A stretch of DNA of 63,971 nucleotides, filler included, from Aduncisulcus paluster (GCA_024181965.1; 4 parts of 4 records of this genome joined end to end with filler, not necessarily neighbours in it), one strand, 5' to 3'. Shown: positions 1 through 14,200, counted from the first letter of the whole stretch. Notes: generated from the sequence alone by a model not told the origin. A program made the numbers and translations.

Positions 1-2
1 CT

Positions 3-3000
3 TGGATCAAGGCGAAAGAAGGCGAAGATCTCAAGATCCATCGATTCTCTGATGCCGATTACCTTAAAGACCTTGAGATTGCCATTACTTATGGTCAATC
101 ATTCATGATTGAAGGTGTTGAAGATGGGCTTGACCCAATTATTGATCAAGTTCTAAACAGGGATATTCAGACAGGAACTGGTGGAAGGAAGTTTGTTATC
201 TTGGGTGATAAAGAGGTTGACTGGGATTCTAACTTTAGACTTTACTTTGTTACAAAGAACCCTAACCCCCCTTTCAGTCCTGATGTGTTCGGTAAGGTCA
301 GTGTGATTAATTACAGCGTTACTAGAAATGGACTTGAGGAACAGCTTCTTAATGTTGTTGTCGGGAAGGAAAGAGCTGACTTGGAAACCAAGAGACTTGA
401 GTTGGTGAGTGGAATGAGTGAAAACAGAGCCGAGTTGAAGAAACTTGAGGATCAATTGCTTCGTGAGCTTGCCAATAGTGAGGGTGAACTTATTGATAAT
501 GCCCAGCTGCTCATTCAGCTTGAAGAGACACAAAAACGAGTTGCAGAAGTCGGAGGTGCTCTGAAGACGATGAGAATCACTGCCCGAGAGATTGATCAAG
601 CCCGTAACTCCTTCCGTTCTGCTGCCAAGCGTGGTGCCATTCTCTTCTTTGCCATCAGTATGCTCTGTGAGATCCACACAATGTATGCCTACTCTCTTGC
701 TTCCTACATTGAAGTCTTTGAACAATCGCTTGACACAGCTCCCCAAGATCCTGAACCCCACAAGCGTCTCCATAACATTGTCGTAAAACTCACTGAATGT
801 GTGTTTGCCTACGTTTGTCGTTCCTTGTTTGGTCGCGATAAGCTCTTGTTTGCCTTCTGGATGGCTATATCCATTGCTGATGGTGCTGGTAAGCTTAACA
901 AGGATCTTCTCAACTTCTTCTTGAAAGGTAATCTCTCATTGGATGCCCCCACTGAAGTGAACCCTTGTGAAGAATGGATTAATGCCGCCTCTTGGAGTGA
1001 CATTACCCTCCTGCCATCTCTTGCTCCCCAATTCTCCTCATTGCTCTCCAGTCTGAGTTCTAGACGTGAGGAATGGTATGAATGGGCTATGGGAAAGAAC
1101 CCAGAACTTGAGTTGTCTCCCCTTGAGATTGAACTGAAGCGTAAGAAGATCGAGAGAGATGGTGTCGAGGAAGAGAAAGAAGAGGAAGCTGAGACGCATG
1201 GTGAGCCTACTGAGCAAGGAGAAGCAGGAGCTGAAGAGGAAGAGAAGGAGGAAGAGGAAGAGGAAGAGGAAGAAGACACTGATCCATTCATCTTCTCTGC
1301 TCTCCACAAGATGTGTCTTGTAAGATGCTTCAGAACTGATCGGGTATATGGAGCCGTGTCTAAATACATTGTCAACCTCATTGGAGAGCCATATATCCAT
1401 CCCCCAGTGCTCGATTACACTGACTTGTGCAGATCATCCACCTGTAAGTCACCAACATTGTTCATTCTTTCTCCTGGTGCCGATCCCGCCACAGAGCTTC
1501 AGAAGGTAGCTGAGAATGAAGGAATTCCAAGAAGCAGGAGCTGAAGAGGAAGAGAAGGAGGAAGAGGAAGAGGAAGAGGAAGAAGACACTGATCCATTCA
1601 TCTTCTCTGCTCTCCACAAGATGTGTCTTGTAAGATGCTTCAGAACTGATCGGGTATATGGAGCCGTGTCTAAATACATTGTCAACCTCATTGGAGAGCC
1701 ATATATCCATCCCCCAGTGCTCGATTACACTGACTTGTGCAGATCATCCACCTGTAAGTCACCAACATTGTTCATTCTTTCTCCTGGTGCCGATCCCGCC
1801 ACAGAGCTTCAGAAGGTAGCTGAGAATGAAGGAATTCCAAGAAGCAAGCTGAAGTTCTTAGCTCTTGGTCAAGGACAGAGTCCCATGGCTGAACAGTTGC
1901 TTGCTCAAGGAAGTAGCCGTGGATATTGGGTTCTCTTGCAAAATCTTCATTTGCTAAAGAAATGGTTGAAATCTCTTGATAAGTTGCTTGAAGTTGTACA
2001 CAGTAATCCTAATCCTGAGTTCCGTGTGTTCTTGTCAACTGAACCCACAGCAGACTTCCCCTTGTCACTCCTTCAGAGATGTGTTAAAGTTGTCACTGAG
2101 CCTCCTGAAGGGCTCAAGCTGAACATGTTGGCCTCATTCAGCCGTCTGCGTGAAGAAGACCTTGCTTCATGTCCTTCACCTGTATTCAGACCTGTGGTGT
2201 ATGTTCTATCATTCTTCCATGCTGTTGTTCAGGAAAGACGTAAATATGGAAAGATTGGATGGAATGTTTCGTATGACTTCAATGCTTCTGACTTCCGTGT
2301 GAGTGTTGATCTGATTCGAACTTATCTAGCCAAAGCTTATGAGGCTGAGGATCCACTTCCCTGGTCATCCCTCAGATATCTTGTTGGTGAAGCCATGTAC
2401 GGAGGAAGAGTCACTGATTCATTTGACAGACGTATCCTTGTCACGTATCTCGAGGAATACTTTGGTGATTTCTTGTTTGACGAGTGCCAAGAGTTCTTCT
2501 TGTACAAGGATGAAACTGCTGATGGTTTCTCATACCAGATCCCAGATGCATTCTCCCATGCTGAGTATATTGAATCGATGGATCCCATGCCCCAAGTTAG
2601 TTCCCCTAACGTGTTTGGACTCCATGAGAATGCTGATATCTCCTTCTTGGCCGATAGCGCAAGGAACATGTGGGCTGGTCTCCTTGCTATGCAGCCTCGG
2701 GAAGCTGAAGTCGCTGGAAAAGCCAGTCGTGAAGACATTATCGTTGGGATTGCCAAAGAAATGCAACAAAAAATGCCTGATGCCTTCAATATGGCTATTA
2801 TAAAGAGAAAGTATCCTCCTGCCGAGAGAACACCGGCGGTAACCGTTCTCTTGCAAGAGGTTGAAAGATATAATATTCTTGTCATTCGTATGAAAGATTC
2901 ACTTGTTGATGTCATTCGTGCCCTGGCCGGTGAGATTGGTCTCTCTGCCGAACTTGACTCTCTTGCTAATTCCTTGTTCAATGGAGAGATCCCCAAACAA

Positions 3001-3564
3001 TGGAGAAGTCTTGCCCCACAAACTGAGAAGAAATTGGCATCATGGATTAATCACTTGCGTGAACGTTGCCTTCAATACAGGCATTGGATCCTCCGTGGTG
3101 AGCCAGCAGTGATGTGGCTGAGTGGTTTGCATATCCCTGAATCATACCTCACTGCTCTCATCCAAACTGCTTGTAGAAAGAAGAAGTGGGCACTTGATCG
3201 TTCAACTCTCTTCACCAAAGTCACTCAGATCACGGATCATACTACTATCCGCAAGAAGCCTGAGTTTGGATGTTACATCAGAGGGTTGTACCTTGAAGGT
3301 GCTGGATGGGACATTGAGGAATCGATGCTTCGGAGACAAAATCCCAAGGAACTCATTGTTTCGTTACCCGTCATGCAGATCGTTCCCATTGAAATGGCTC
3401 GACTCAGACTCCAAAATACTCTCAAGACACCTGTGTACCTCACACAAGCTAGGCGTAGTGCCATGGGTGAGGGATTGGTGTTTGAAGCCGATTTGACAAC
3501 AACTGAACACAAGAGTCACTGGATCCTTCAAGGTGTGTGTTTAGTGTTGAATACAAAAGATTAG
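3..3564 (+). CDS. DNAH10: Axonemal dynein heavy chain, inner-arm I1/f alpha (DNAH10-type), 3' part; 5'-truncated by the window and split by a 310-bp tandem duplication
   Basis: Frame is open from base 3. AAA5/AAA6 and C-terminal motifs present (LGDKEVDWDSNFRLY, ILSPGADP, ALGQGQ, GKIGWNVSYDFN, GEAMYGGRVTDSFDRRIL, GLYLEGAGWD, HWILQGVCLVLN). Removing one copy of 1221-1530 joins ORFs 105..1544 and 1516..3564. Confidence 0.92.
1221..1840. repeat. Exact 310-bp tandem duplication inside the dynein CDS (probable assembly artefact)
   Basis: 1221-1530 equals 1531-1840, with AGAAGCA microhomology at the junction. 310 is not a multiple of 3, so the duplication frameshifts the gene. Confidence 0.9.
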
Positions 3565-4089
3565 AAATAATATTTCGATTATACTACAGTACTATTCAAT
3601 TATTATCATGTATAAATTTTATTTTATATTATTAATAAACTATGATTTTTTTATTTTGGTTTTGTCGATATTTGAGATAAAACGAAATTTTATTAAATAG
3701 AATTTATTATTGAATAACTCGATTTCATTTCAATAAGATAATTTCATTGTGATATTGAGCTATTTTCATGATTTATTTTGATGGTTTTTTTTTCAGGTAC
3801 CATGAAGATAATTGCAAATTAGTATAATGATAATTTTTATTTAAATTCAATGAGAATTTACTTTTTCACTTTTATATTAATACCTGAAGATGATTTATCA
3901 GTGCCCAAGAAATTGCCAATCAGATACAGTGTATCTTTTGGAATTGTTTATATAATCGAAATTTTAAAACATATATTTTTTATATAGAAAGAGAAATGTT
4001 TAGTTTTAAATTAATATCTAGACATATTTGCGGTTTTGGATTTTTCATTCCATACTTATGTATATATGTATCGAAAATGACCAATTGTC

Positions 4090-4162
4090 TCCGGCATGGT
4101 ATAGTTGGTTAGCATGTGACGCTCTCACCGTCAAGACCCGGGTTCGAATCCCGGTGCCGGAA
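4090..4162 (+). tRNA. tRNA-Glu (anticodon CTC)
   Basis: Cloverleaf: acceptor TCCGGCA/TGCCGGA, anticodon stem TGACG/CGTCA with loop CTCTCAC, T arm CCGGG-TTCGAAT-CCCGG, followed by a T-run terminator. Confidence 0.96.
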
Positions 4163-4639
4163 TATTTTTAATAATTCTCTCAATTTTTTCTGATTTAAAA
4201 AATTTCTTAGTTATTTTTGATAAATTCACTACTTAAGCCTCAAATTCCTTTAACTTTCAAGCCATTTTACTATCGAATTGCAAAATCGAAGTGAAGCAAA
4301 GTTTGCTGCAAACGATCAACATTCATCTCAAAACAATTGGAGTTTATATCATTTTTTATCCTCATGAACGTATTTGCTTTAACTCATCTAATAAATTAAT
4401 CCATAATTTGTTCGTAATAAGACAATTCCATTCTCTCATTCAGATAATATTTTCAAAAAATCATATAAACAGCATTCCTTTCGATAAAATATTACCATTC
4501 CAAAAAAGAAAGATTTGGAAATATCTTGACTAATGAGTAAAAATATGGAATATAACATTCAATATTGATATAAACACATATATACAAATATCATTTCGAA
4601 TCACACACAAAAGAAATCAATAAGATAAAATATTATTGA

Positions 4640-5805
4640 TTAATCATCTTTCTTCAGCCAATCCTTCACACGCTTACCATAGACTCCAAGACTTATAGCT
4701 TTACCAATCACACTAATCCACGATACAAGATACGGTATTCTTTTAGCAGTCCGGCCATCCATTTCAGCATCTGCGGGCATTGCTCCAGTTCCAATATCCT
4801 TTGATTCTGGACTTCTAAGTTGTTCCATCGCATTGGCAGTCATACATGGATGGAGCAACAAGCCAGGAGTTCCTCGATGAGTTCTGACCATTGTCAAATT
4901 GGGCAAAGCTGGATTGAGAGGTTTGTTGAATGTATATGAGGCTATGTATTCCTGTAATTTATGAATATCTTTTGATTGAAGAGGTTCAACAATAGCAACG
5001 GGAACAGAATAAACTTCATCATATTGAATAAGGATACGGACACATATAGCACGGGTCGTAGCATGATTAAAGTCTTCCGAAGGGATAGGAAATGCTATTT
5101 TGGATCGAGTTTCTTCAAAGTGTGAAATTACTGTGTCATGAACACAGCTTGATGTGGTGAGAGAGGAGCAAAAGTGACTTGGAGCAGGTGGATATTGGGA
5201 ATCTTCTGACTCATCTAAATCATCAACATCGTCTTCTATTGCTTCAGAGATATCCTTTTCTTTTGGGTTTGAATCAGAGGACAAGGTTGATGATGACTCA
5301 ATTTTCCCATAATAATAACTTTTACCAAGAGATTTTGACAATATAGGAATATCAGCTTCATATTTTGGAATATAATGTGTGGGTAATTCAAGGATTGATC
5401 CAAGAAGAGTAGAATATTTCAGAAGAACACCCTCTCCAACAAACTGGAGAAATAAATCTATTTCTTCTTCATATTCNNNNNNNNNNNNNNNNNNNNAGCA
5501 GGTGGATATTGGGAATCTTCTGACTCATCTAAATCATCAACATCGTCTTCTATTGCTTCAGAGATATCCTTTTCTTTTGGGTTTGAATCAGAGGACAAGG
5601 TTGATGATGACTCAATTTTCCCATAATAATAACTTTTACCAAGAGATTTTGCCAATATAGGAATATCAGCTTCATATTTTGGAATATAATGTGTGGGTAA
5701 TTCAAGGATTGATCCAAGAAGAGTAGAATATTTCAGAAGAACACCCTCTCCAACAAACTGGAGAAATAAATCTATTTCTTCTTCATATTCCCGCTTTCCA
5801 AGCAT
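4640..5805 (-). CDS. ATG10: ATG10-like (ATG3/ATG10 family) autophagy E2-like conjugating enzyme; interrupted by a gap-flanking duplication
   Basis: Motifs ILIQYDEVYSVPVAIV, catalytic LLHPCMT and YLVSWISVIG match the ATG3/ATG10 active-site domain. ORFs 5458..5805 and 4640..5341 join once the duplicated copy is removed. Confidence 0.72.
5183..5790. repeat. 294-bp duplication either side of a 20-N gap (scaffolding artefact)
   Basis: 5183-5476 matches 5497-5790 with one substitution (A5338 vs C5652). Confidence 0.9.
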
Positions 5806-6175
5806 AATAAAGAAAAAATAAGATTGTTTAAAAGAGAAGTGTTACCAAGAAACAGTCCATAATTCAAATTTCCCTTATCTTTTGATTTATTTTTTATCTT
5901 TTAATTTTCATATTCGATTTTATATTTAATCTAATATTAGATTTGTTTTTCTGCATCATTTAGATCATATTATCAATATAGCATGAGAGACGAAAAAAAT
6001 ATGATAGAAATAAATTTTGTGCATATATTTTATCATTATGTGAACTTAAAACCCGTGTATATGTAAAATATAAATATTACAAACTTACTATTCTTTATTC
6101 CAAAAGAAGTTCAAAAATCATCATTGTTGTCGCCAAGGAGGCATTATTTCAAATTCAAAGAATTATTTTGAAATA

Positions 6176-9100
6176 ATGTATACATACACATATGAACCAT
6201 CGGCACAATTAGAGACTACGCTCAAAAGTACCAATCGTATGTTTGATTGTTTCATTATTGACTTATCCGTTTTGCATTTTATAGAATCCTCCATGATACA
6301 AAATTTACATCAATATCTATTTCGTGTTTAGCCATAATATGCCCCAGATCTAATGCGGATATATTCATAGAAAAAGCACAGCTAATTGACGAGCAACTAT
6401 TCTTAAAGAGATTTAAAAAAGAAGAAAAACAATATAATCGTCAAATTATAGATAGTTTACTTGGAATATTGGATGATCAATTGACAATTCAAGGAGATAT
6501 TGGTTGTCTTCCTTTGATTGTGATTAACTCTGCATCCAAGACTCTTTATCAAGATTTCTCTGAAAATATTAAGTTAATCAATCCCAATATCAGATCAACA
6601 ATCATTAACTCTGGAATTAGCCATTCCGATTTGATGAAAGATGATCAATTTACCTCAATATTCTCATCGTCTGACGCATCCTCCTCCAAGCTACATGATA
6701 ATCCAAATGAAAAGGATGGAAAGTTTCTCAGTTCTATTTCTGGTCCCATGATTATTGAGTATTCAGAATCCTCAGATGAATCACATGACAATTCCCAACC
6801 TTCATCAACTCCTCCGCTTTTTATAGATAAATCCCTTGCCTCTCCTGACTCGATTACCCATCGTTTCCATTCCCTTGCCTCTCCTCTTCCCAAGCACTTC
6901 CTCTTCCTGACAAAAGCGTCTCATATCGATTCTGAAGTCCTGTCCTCTATGTTGGTCTCTCTTCACGACCTTGACGTATCCATCAAGCGTGTGTGTGTCG
7001 TGTGTTATGCTTCATATTCCTCAGCCTCCTTCCTTGCTTCCCTACCTTCCCATGTTCACAAGAAGTGCTCCGTTGTGCCATTGACAATATACCCTTCGTC
7101 TTCCTCTGTCCATGCTTTCTCAGCCTCTCTCTCCTCTTCTCTTTTTCTCCCATCTCCAAGTTTATTCTCTTCTATTATGTGCAGAGCAAAGCAAGAGTTT
7201 CCAAAAGCGATATCACTCGCTTCGAAGCTTTTTGCCTCAATTCCTTCTTCCTCCTCTCCGAAACAGAAAACAACACATCCTTTTATTGCACCATTTTCCA
7301 TGAATAGATTATCTTTGAGAAAAATGGATTCTAAAAATAGAATTGAACTGATGAGGCTATTTATATCTCTTAATTCTCACACTGAACTCTCGAGACAGCG
7401 TGTGAAGCGTGGTGTATTCGAAGAGAGTGTCATTGGAAAAAGTATTAGAATAACACAAGAGGAATCTTTGTTAAATAATAATAATAGGAACAATAACAAG
7501 AATAACAAGAAGAGTTCAAAATCAAATATGTTGAATGGAAATATATCAAAATCATCAACCGTAATATCAACAATTTCTCAACCGGTAACTGTTCGTTCGG
7601 TTACCGGTAAGAGACGATTCTCTTCGTCATCTTCTTCTTCACTTGTTTCTCCCTCTTCAACCCTAAGTACATTGTCTGACGATTCACAGTATCACCACCA
7701 CACAGCTGTGCATCCAATTCGTCCAATCTTATCATTTCCACCTCTTTTGCATCACATCGTGTCTCTCTCTCCTCCTTCCGACTCATTATCTCAACGTCTC
7801 ACTGCCTCTTCGCTCGACTGTGAAAAGAAACAAGTCCGTCACACCCTTGCGCAATATATAACAGCTTTCCAGAGAACTAAGAAAGCCTCCTCTTCTTCTT
7901 CATCTCCTCTCGCTTCCTTTTTGCTGACACTGCCCCCTACCAAGTTCTTCTCTTTCCTCTCTTCTCTGCTCTCTCTTGGGTGCATTAGCAGATTCTCCAT
8001 ACAAAGTATGTGGAGGATTATTACTTGCTTGAGTGCAAGTGTGGCTGTTTGGGAGAATGCCGGAAGAAAGCCAGGGACAATCATAGACTGTCCCAGGGAA
8101 GGTGAGAAAGTTTGTGCATCTATTTTTATACCATTGGAACAATATGATGAAGATGATGAAGATTGTGAGAATTCTGAAGACCTTGCAGATGTAACCCAAA
8201 ATATGTCAATTTCAGAAGAAAAAGAAGAAGAGGAAGAGAAGAAAGAGAAGAAAAGAGGAAGAGGAAGAGGAAGGAAGAAGGCTCAAATAGATATTTCTCC
8301 GTCAAAAAATTCTGATGGAAAAGTGAAGAAAAATACAAAAGATCTCAAGGAAGCAAAGAAAATCAAGACAAAATTAGTTGTCCGAAAGTCGAAATCAAAA
8401 TCAAAATTGGAAAAATTCAACATCACTAATATTTACAAGAGTGCTATTTTTGGATTCGACGAAGAGATGGAAAGTCACATAAAATCTTGGTTTAATCTTT
8501 TAACGAATGAGGATGCTGAGAAAATTCTAAAAATAGTTTTGAGAGAGTGTGTTATTCTTCTCGAACGTGTATTCCATTCAGATAATGAGTTATTCCAGCA
8601 TTCTCCAATCTCTCAAGATGAAGAAAAGAAATTATCGATTATTGTTGAATCTATTTTTAGAAACGATAAAAATATCCTTGTCAGTTTCATCAAAAAAAAT
8701 CCTTTGCTTCCTCTTGATTCGAATGATTTGTTTGTTTTTGATCTTCTTCAACCGATTGTGTATAGTTCTATTTTTAGTACAACTGCTGACACTGTTTTCA
8801 AGAGTTCCAATTCTTCCCTTCTTCTTCGCTCCGATTCTAAAAATAGATTTGATAAAAGTTGTGAAAAAGAAGAGGAAGAAGACGGAGAGGAAGAAGAGGA
8901 AGAAAGAGAAAACCCAAAATATGTCAATTTCAGAAGAAAAAGAAGAAGAGGAAGAGAAGAAAGAGAAGAAAAGAGGAAGAGGAAGAGGAAGGAAGAAGGC
9001 TCAAATAGATATTTCTCCGTCAAAAAATTCTGATGGAAAAGTGAAGAAAAATACAAAAGATCTCAAGGAAGCAAAGAAAATCAAGACAAAATTAGTTGTC

Positions 9101-11020
9101 CGAAAGTCGAAATCAAAATCAAAATTGGAAAAATTCAACATCACTAATATTTACAAGAGTGCTATTTTTGGATTCGACGAAGAGATGGAAAGTCACATAA
9201 AATCTTGGTTTAATCTTTTAACGAATGAGGATGCTGAGAAAATTCTAAAAATAGTTTTGAGAGAGTGTGTTATTCTTCTCGAACGTGTATTCCATTCAGA
9301 TAATGAGTTATTCCAGCATTCTCCAATCTCTCAAGATGAAGAAAAGAAATTATCGATTATTGTTGAATCTATTTTTAGAAACGATAAAAATATCCTTGTC
9401 AGTTTCATCAAAAAAAATCCTTTGCTTCCTCTTGATTCGAATGATTTGTTTGTTTTTGATCTTCTTCAACCGATTGTGTATAGTTCTATTTTTAGTACAA
9501 CTGCTGACACTGTTTTCAAGAGTTCCAATTCTTCCCTTCTTCTTCGCTCCGATTCTAAAAATAGATTTGATAAAAGTTGTGAAAAAGAAGAGGAAGAAGA
9601 CGGAGAGGAAGAAGAGGAAGAAAGAGAAGATATTGATAATATTTTTGAACATAAAGATTATGATTTGGATATGAGTGGTCATATTTTTGATGATAAAATG
9701 TTGGGAAAAGCAAAGGAAGAAGAAGAGGGAAAAGGAAGAACCACGATAGAATCTCAATTTAAACCACTTTCCGCCGTTCTTCCCGATCTTTCCAATATTA
9801 ATGATAATTCTATTTTTAGAGATGATTCTGGAAATGAGAAGTTTCTCAAAACCATTGAGATGAAAATTGAGGAACATTCTAAGATAGAAGAGAAAGAGCT
9901 TGAAGATCTCAGAAATGATGGAAAAGGAAGCAAAGAAGAAGAGAAAAGAAAAGAAGAGGAGGAGGAAGAGGAAGATGAAGAGGGAGAGGAAGAGGAAGAT
10001 GAAGAGGGAGAGGAAGAGAAAGATGATGGGGCTTCTGCCGCTGTTCAACTCCTTCTCTGTGGAAGGAGGAGAAATACAGGAAGAAAAGCTACGAAAACAA
10101 CGAAAACAACGAAAGGAAGAAAGATAAGGAAGAGTCAAGCATCTAAGAGTCAAAAGAAAGGAAAGACAAGTGACAATAAGAATAGTGAAGCGAAACAATC
10201 CACATTCCTGAAATATGATTTCACAACATCCAAACGATTGTCTCAAGGGTTTGTGAGTGGCGGAGATAGTATAATGAAGAAAAACGTGCCTAAGCCTTTC
10301 CCAATTCCCATGTCTGTTGTGTTGATGGATAGAAAACAACAATATGAGGTTCTTTTGTGTCTTATTGATTCATTTACGATCGGAAAGGATTCTAAATTCT
10401 CAAATCTATTTTTGGAATACCCTGAGATATCTAGTCAAGATAATTCTGCTTCTCATTCCTCCTCTTGTTCTAAATTTAGTGACAATCCTGAGAAAAAGAT
10501 CAAGAAATCATCAAGTATCCCCCATCATCCGATTCTTCCTTTCCTCTCTGACGACACTCTTGGTCTATTGAAATCCTCCCCAGTTGATGAGTTTGAGAGT
10601 TTTGTTGCCCAAAGTCAACCTTTAATCGGTGGTGGAAATTTATTCTTTTCTTCGGTTTTCATGACATATAATCAATGTATTCCTTTCATGTTTCCCCACG
10701 TCTTCCACAACTCATACAAGGCTATTTATGGATTCTCTGAGAAACAATTATCTATTCCGGCAATCTGTAGATCCCCTTCATATTATTCAATCATGAAGGC
10801 GGCCGCACAAACACTTCCAAGCTCTAAGAACTTGAGGTTCGAAAGTTGGTATTCCAAGTTCAAAAAGGAGGAAGCAGGAAGGAATCCAGTATCATCAAAG
10901 GAGTCAAATCCACAGAACAAATCAACTTCTGCAAATAATTTTGTATCAGCAGCTTCTTTGCTGGAAGATGCAGGAATTATCAAAATCAAAGGGAGCTCCG
11001 CAGAAACTGTCGTAAAATAG
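6176..11020 (+). CDS. ORC3: Divergent origin recognition complex subunit 3-like protein (exon 6176-6236, intron 6237-6331, exon 6332-11020; contains a 718-bp artefactual duplication)
   Basis: The AAA+-like segment HFLFLTKASHIDSEVLSSMLVSL...VCVVCYASYSSASFLASLPSHV and the C-terminal winged helix NLRFESWYSKF...NFVSAASLLEDAGIIK resemble ORC3 (LINLVDWSEAF...RFIRAVSELELLGFIK). A GTATGT...TTTAG intron joins ATG 6176 in frame. About 1343 aa after correction. Confidence 0.6.
8193..9628. repeat. 718-bp tandem duplication inside the ORC3-like CDS (probable assembly artefact)
   Basis: 8193-8910 matches 8911-9628 and causes the frameshift between ORFs 6469..9033 and 8549..11020. Confidence 0.9.
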
Positions 11021-11267
11021 AATAGAAGATGCATAACACAGAGAGTAATGCTATGTTTAAACAGAATGTAGTCTTGAAAAGTTTTCATCTAAAGTCAAAT
11101 CACCGACAAATAAATTGATATAACCTAAAATAATTTAATTTTACGATGAATGAATAGATATCAATGATATTAAAATTGAATTTAATAAGAAAACAACGAG
11201 AAAAAAAATTCTTGATGCAATACCCACTGATTTGGAAGGATCAAATACAGATAACAGTTGTAAATAT

Positions 11268-14200
11268 ATGTCAGATTACGAAATAGAGGCCAAAAATCGA
11301 TTATCTTTAATATCTAGTGCAGTTAAGAGGGCTTCAAGAAATCAAAGAGCTATCCTCTTTATTCGAGTTAATGTTGAGATTCGTAAATATATATTCAATT
11401 CTAGAATTTCTGAAACATATGTTTCTGACTACCCTACTGTTGTTACGCGAGCTATTGACTGTCTCGGTTCGTTTTTTCTTTATGAGCCCAATGATACTAC
11501 TTTATTTTCTTCAGAATATCATTCCATGTTAAATATTGGTATTATGTCTATAATACCGATGTTATTTCATGAAAGATTTACCCCTTGCACTTATCATGTT
11601 GCCAATGCTATTTTTGATATTGCTTGTTGTCACTTGGCGAGAAGTCCAAGTAATTCGCACTCATTAATGTGCACATGTAGGAATCTTATTGAACAGTGGC
11701 TTTCCAAGGGTGTTCGATCATCTTTAAAGCCCTCTACTGTCACGCGTCTTTTGTCTCNNNNNNNNNNNNNNNNNNNNTTTTTTCTTTATGAGCCCAATGA
11801 TACTACTTTATTTTCTTCAGAATATCATTCCATGTTAAATATTGGTATTATGTCTATAATACCGATGTTATTTCATGAAAGATTTACCCCTTGCACTTAT
11901 CATGTTGCCAATGCTATTTTTGATATTGCTTGTTGTCACTTGGCGAGAAGTCCAAGTAATTCGCACTCATTAATGTGCACATGTAGGAATCTTATTGAAC
12001 AGTGGCTTTCCAAGGGTGTTCGATCATCTTTAAAGCCCTCTACTGTCACGCGTCTTTTGTCTCTCCTTGAATTAGTGTGTATTCATGCTCCAGAAGAACG
12101 AGACTTTATTTTTGAAACTATTTTCCCCCTTTTTGACGATTGGATTGATAAATATGGTCATCATGCAGAGTGGTATTCCATCCTTGCATATCTCTGTGAG
12201 GAGGATAATCTTCAACGTCAGATTTCTGTCTCACGTGCCGAGTCGATAAAAACCAAACTTCCTGCCATTTTGGTACATATTACTCGACTTTCCAAAACAG
12301 ATTTCCTCCCATTTTCCCGTACTCTTGTTCTCCTTGCCAATCTCAGTCTTCTTAGTACCTCAATCGCAAAAAACATTTTCTCTTCGGTTCCTCCCAATAC
12401 CATTGTGAAATGGTTCGCTATATTTCGTGGAAAATGTCCAAATCGTGATGGAATCGACTCCGTTGATGGTATCTTGAATTGGGCAAGATTTGTTACTTCT
12501 TTGTGTTCCAATGACTCAATCTTTCCAAAGCTATTTCCAAGAATGAATGATTATTTCCTGTGGATCCATGAACGTATCGATTCTTCTATCACTGCTTTTA
12601 TTGACTATCGATTACAAGTTATGAAGAAAATCAAAATATATGACCAAGCCCCGATATCGAACAAAGACCCCTCTGGCGTGTATCCACACATTGACACTGT
12701 TCTCGATCTCCTTCTTATTGATAACCTCAAAGGGTTTTCTGAGCTTCAACTTCACAATTTGATTTTTTATCAGATTGATGATATGGCTAACTTTTTCAAA
12801 TATGCTCGTCCTTCCGAACTTGGAACTGTTGCCAAGCTCTGCAAAGTATTATGTTTGATTTGTGGGCGTTCAGATATTGATGATTTTTGTATTTCTAATA
12901 GGACCACTGGTGTCGAAATATCATCAGACACAATGAAGCTTATCGTGGACAATTTGCTTCCTGATCTCTGCAAATTGTGTTCAAAGATCCTACCTTCATC
13001 AAGACCCAAGCGAGAGTTGGATGAAAATCGATTGATCATAATTGGCTCTGCCTGCGTAATTGTTGACCAATGCTGTGGATATGATTACCACGAGTCCGTC
13101 CCGTTTAATGATGGAAATTGGATACGCTATGATATGCTTGAAAAAGCATACCGTTGCATTTTCCCAATAATTAATCCACTTTTCATGTATCTCTCTGCAA
13201 CTTCTCAACCCAATCTGTCTGAGAAATTCATAATGATGTGTTCAAGTGTAAGTCAATCCGAGAAGTCCGAGAGTGACGCATATAAATATAAGGATTCTCT
13301 CTGTTTAGTGTTGTCCAAAACATATTTCTTGGATTTCTTCTTGCGTTCGAAGCATTTGGTTAACGCATGCATTTCTTTATTGATAACTTTCGTTAAAGAA
13401 TCGTATTCACCAGTTCAAATCTGGAAGGATTTTTATACCCTCGATCAGTTGTACATGGTAAAGCCGAGTGACATGTCCTCCCAAATGGTGAAAACCCAAC
13501 GAGCTGACCTGTGTGAGCGATTTCCAAGAGCTTCCAAGAGAGCCATGTTGATGGCTGTGCCGATCAAATCCTTACTATCGATTCTCGACGACGATTCATT
13601 CTGTCTTTCATCTGATATCATTGGAGGTATTATTACACTGTGCAATTGTGCCATTTGTATGCTTAATCCAAGACAACACCAAAAGATGTGTTTCATCTAT
13701 GTGTCTATAATCCAGAAATATATTCCGATATTACTTGGATCCATTTCAATCGGAGCAGAAGCATCCTTGAACGCTTTCCTCTGTCTTCTTTCTGTCCTAA
13801 TTGATGGTCTTCCGAGATATTTAACTGATATATCTACCATTTCTACCCATGTTTTAAAGATTCAGAAACTATGCGAGCTGGAGATTGGACGTGCTCGTGC
13901 CCATCAAGAGTGGGAAGTTCTCGACCGCACCTTTGATCATTGGATTCCCATTCAAACGAACCTTGAATTCTTATCGTACCAAATTTCCATTCACTATTCT
14001 TCCTCTCTTCTGCCCATATTTCTCAAAACTACTCTTATGGCCAAATGTTTTCCATCTGTTAAGCTTGTCAAAGTGATGGACTCTCAACTCGGAAGAGAAA
14101 GAATCGCCTATCAAGGTGCATGCCGTTCGATTGTCAAATTACAGAAAGAAAATATTCTCATTGAACTCTTTGGAGGCATTCCCATTGTCGATCTGGGTGC

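Noticed and set aside
809..1381. Many antisense and alternate-frame ORFs overlapping long genes (this one as an example)
   Set aside because: They are shadows of Glu/Ser-rich low-complexity coding sequence with no independent motifs.
3792..3888. TTCAGGTA/TACCTGAA inverted pair as a MITE
   Set aside because: Only 8 bp, with no target-site duplication and no second copy in the window.
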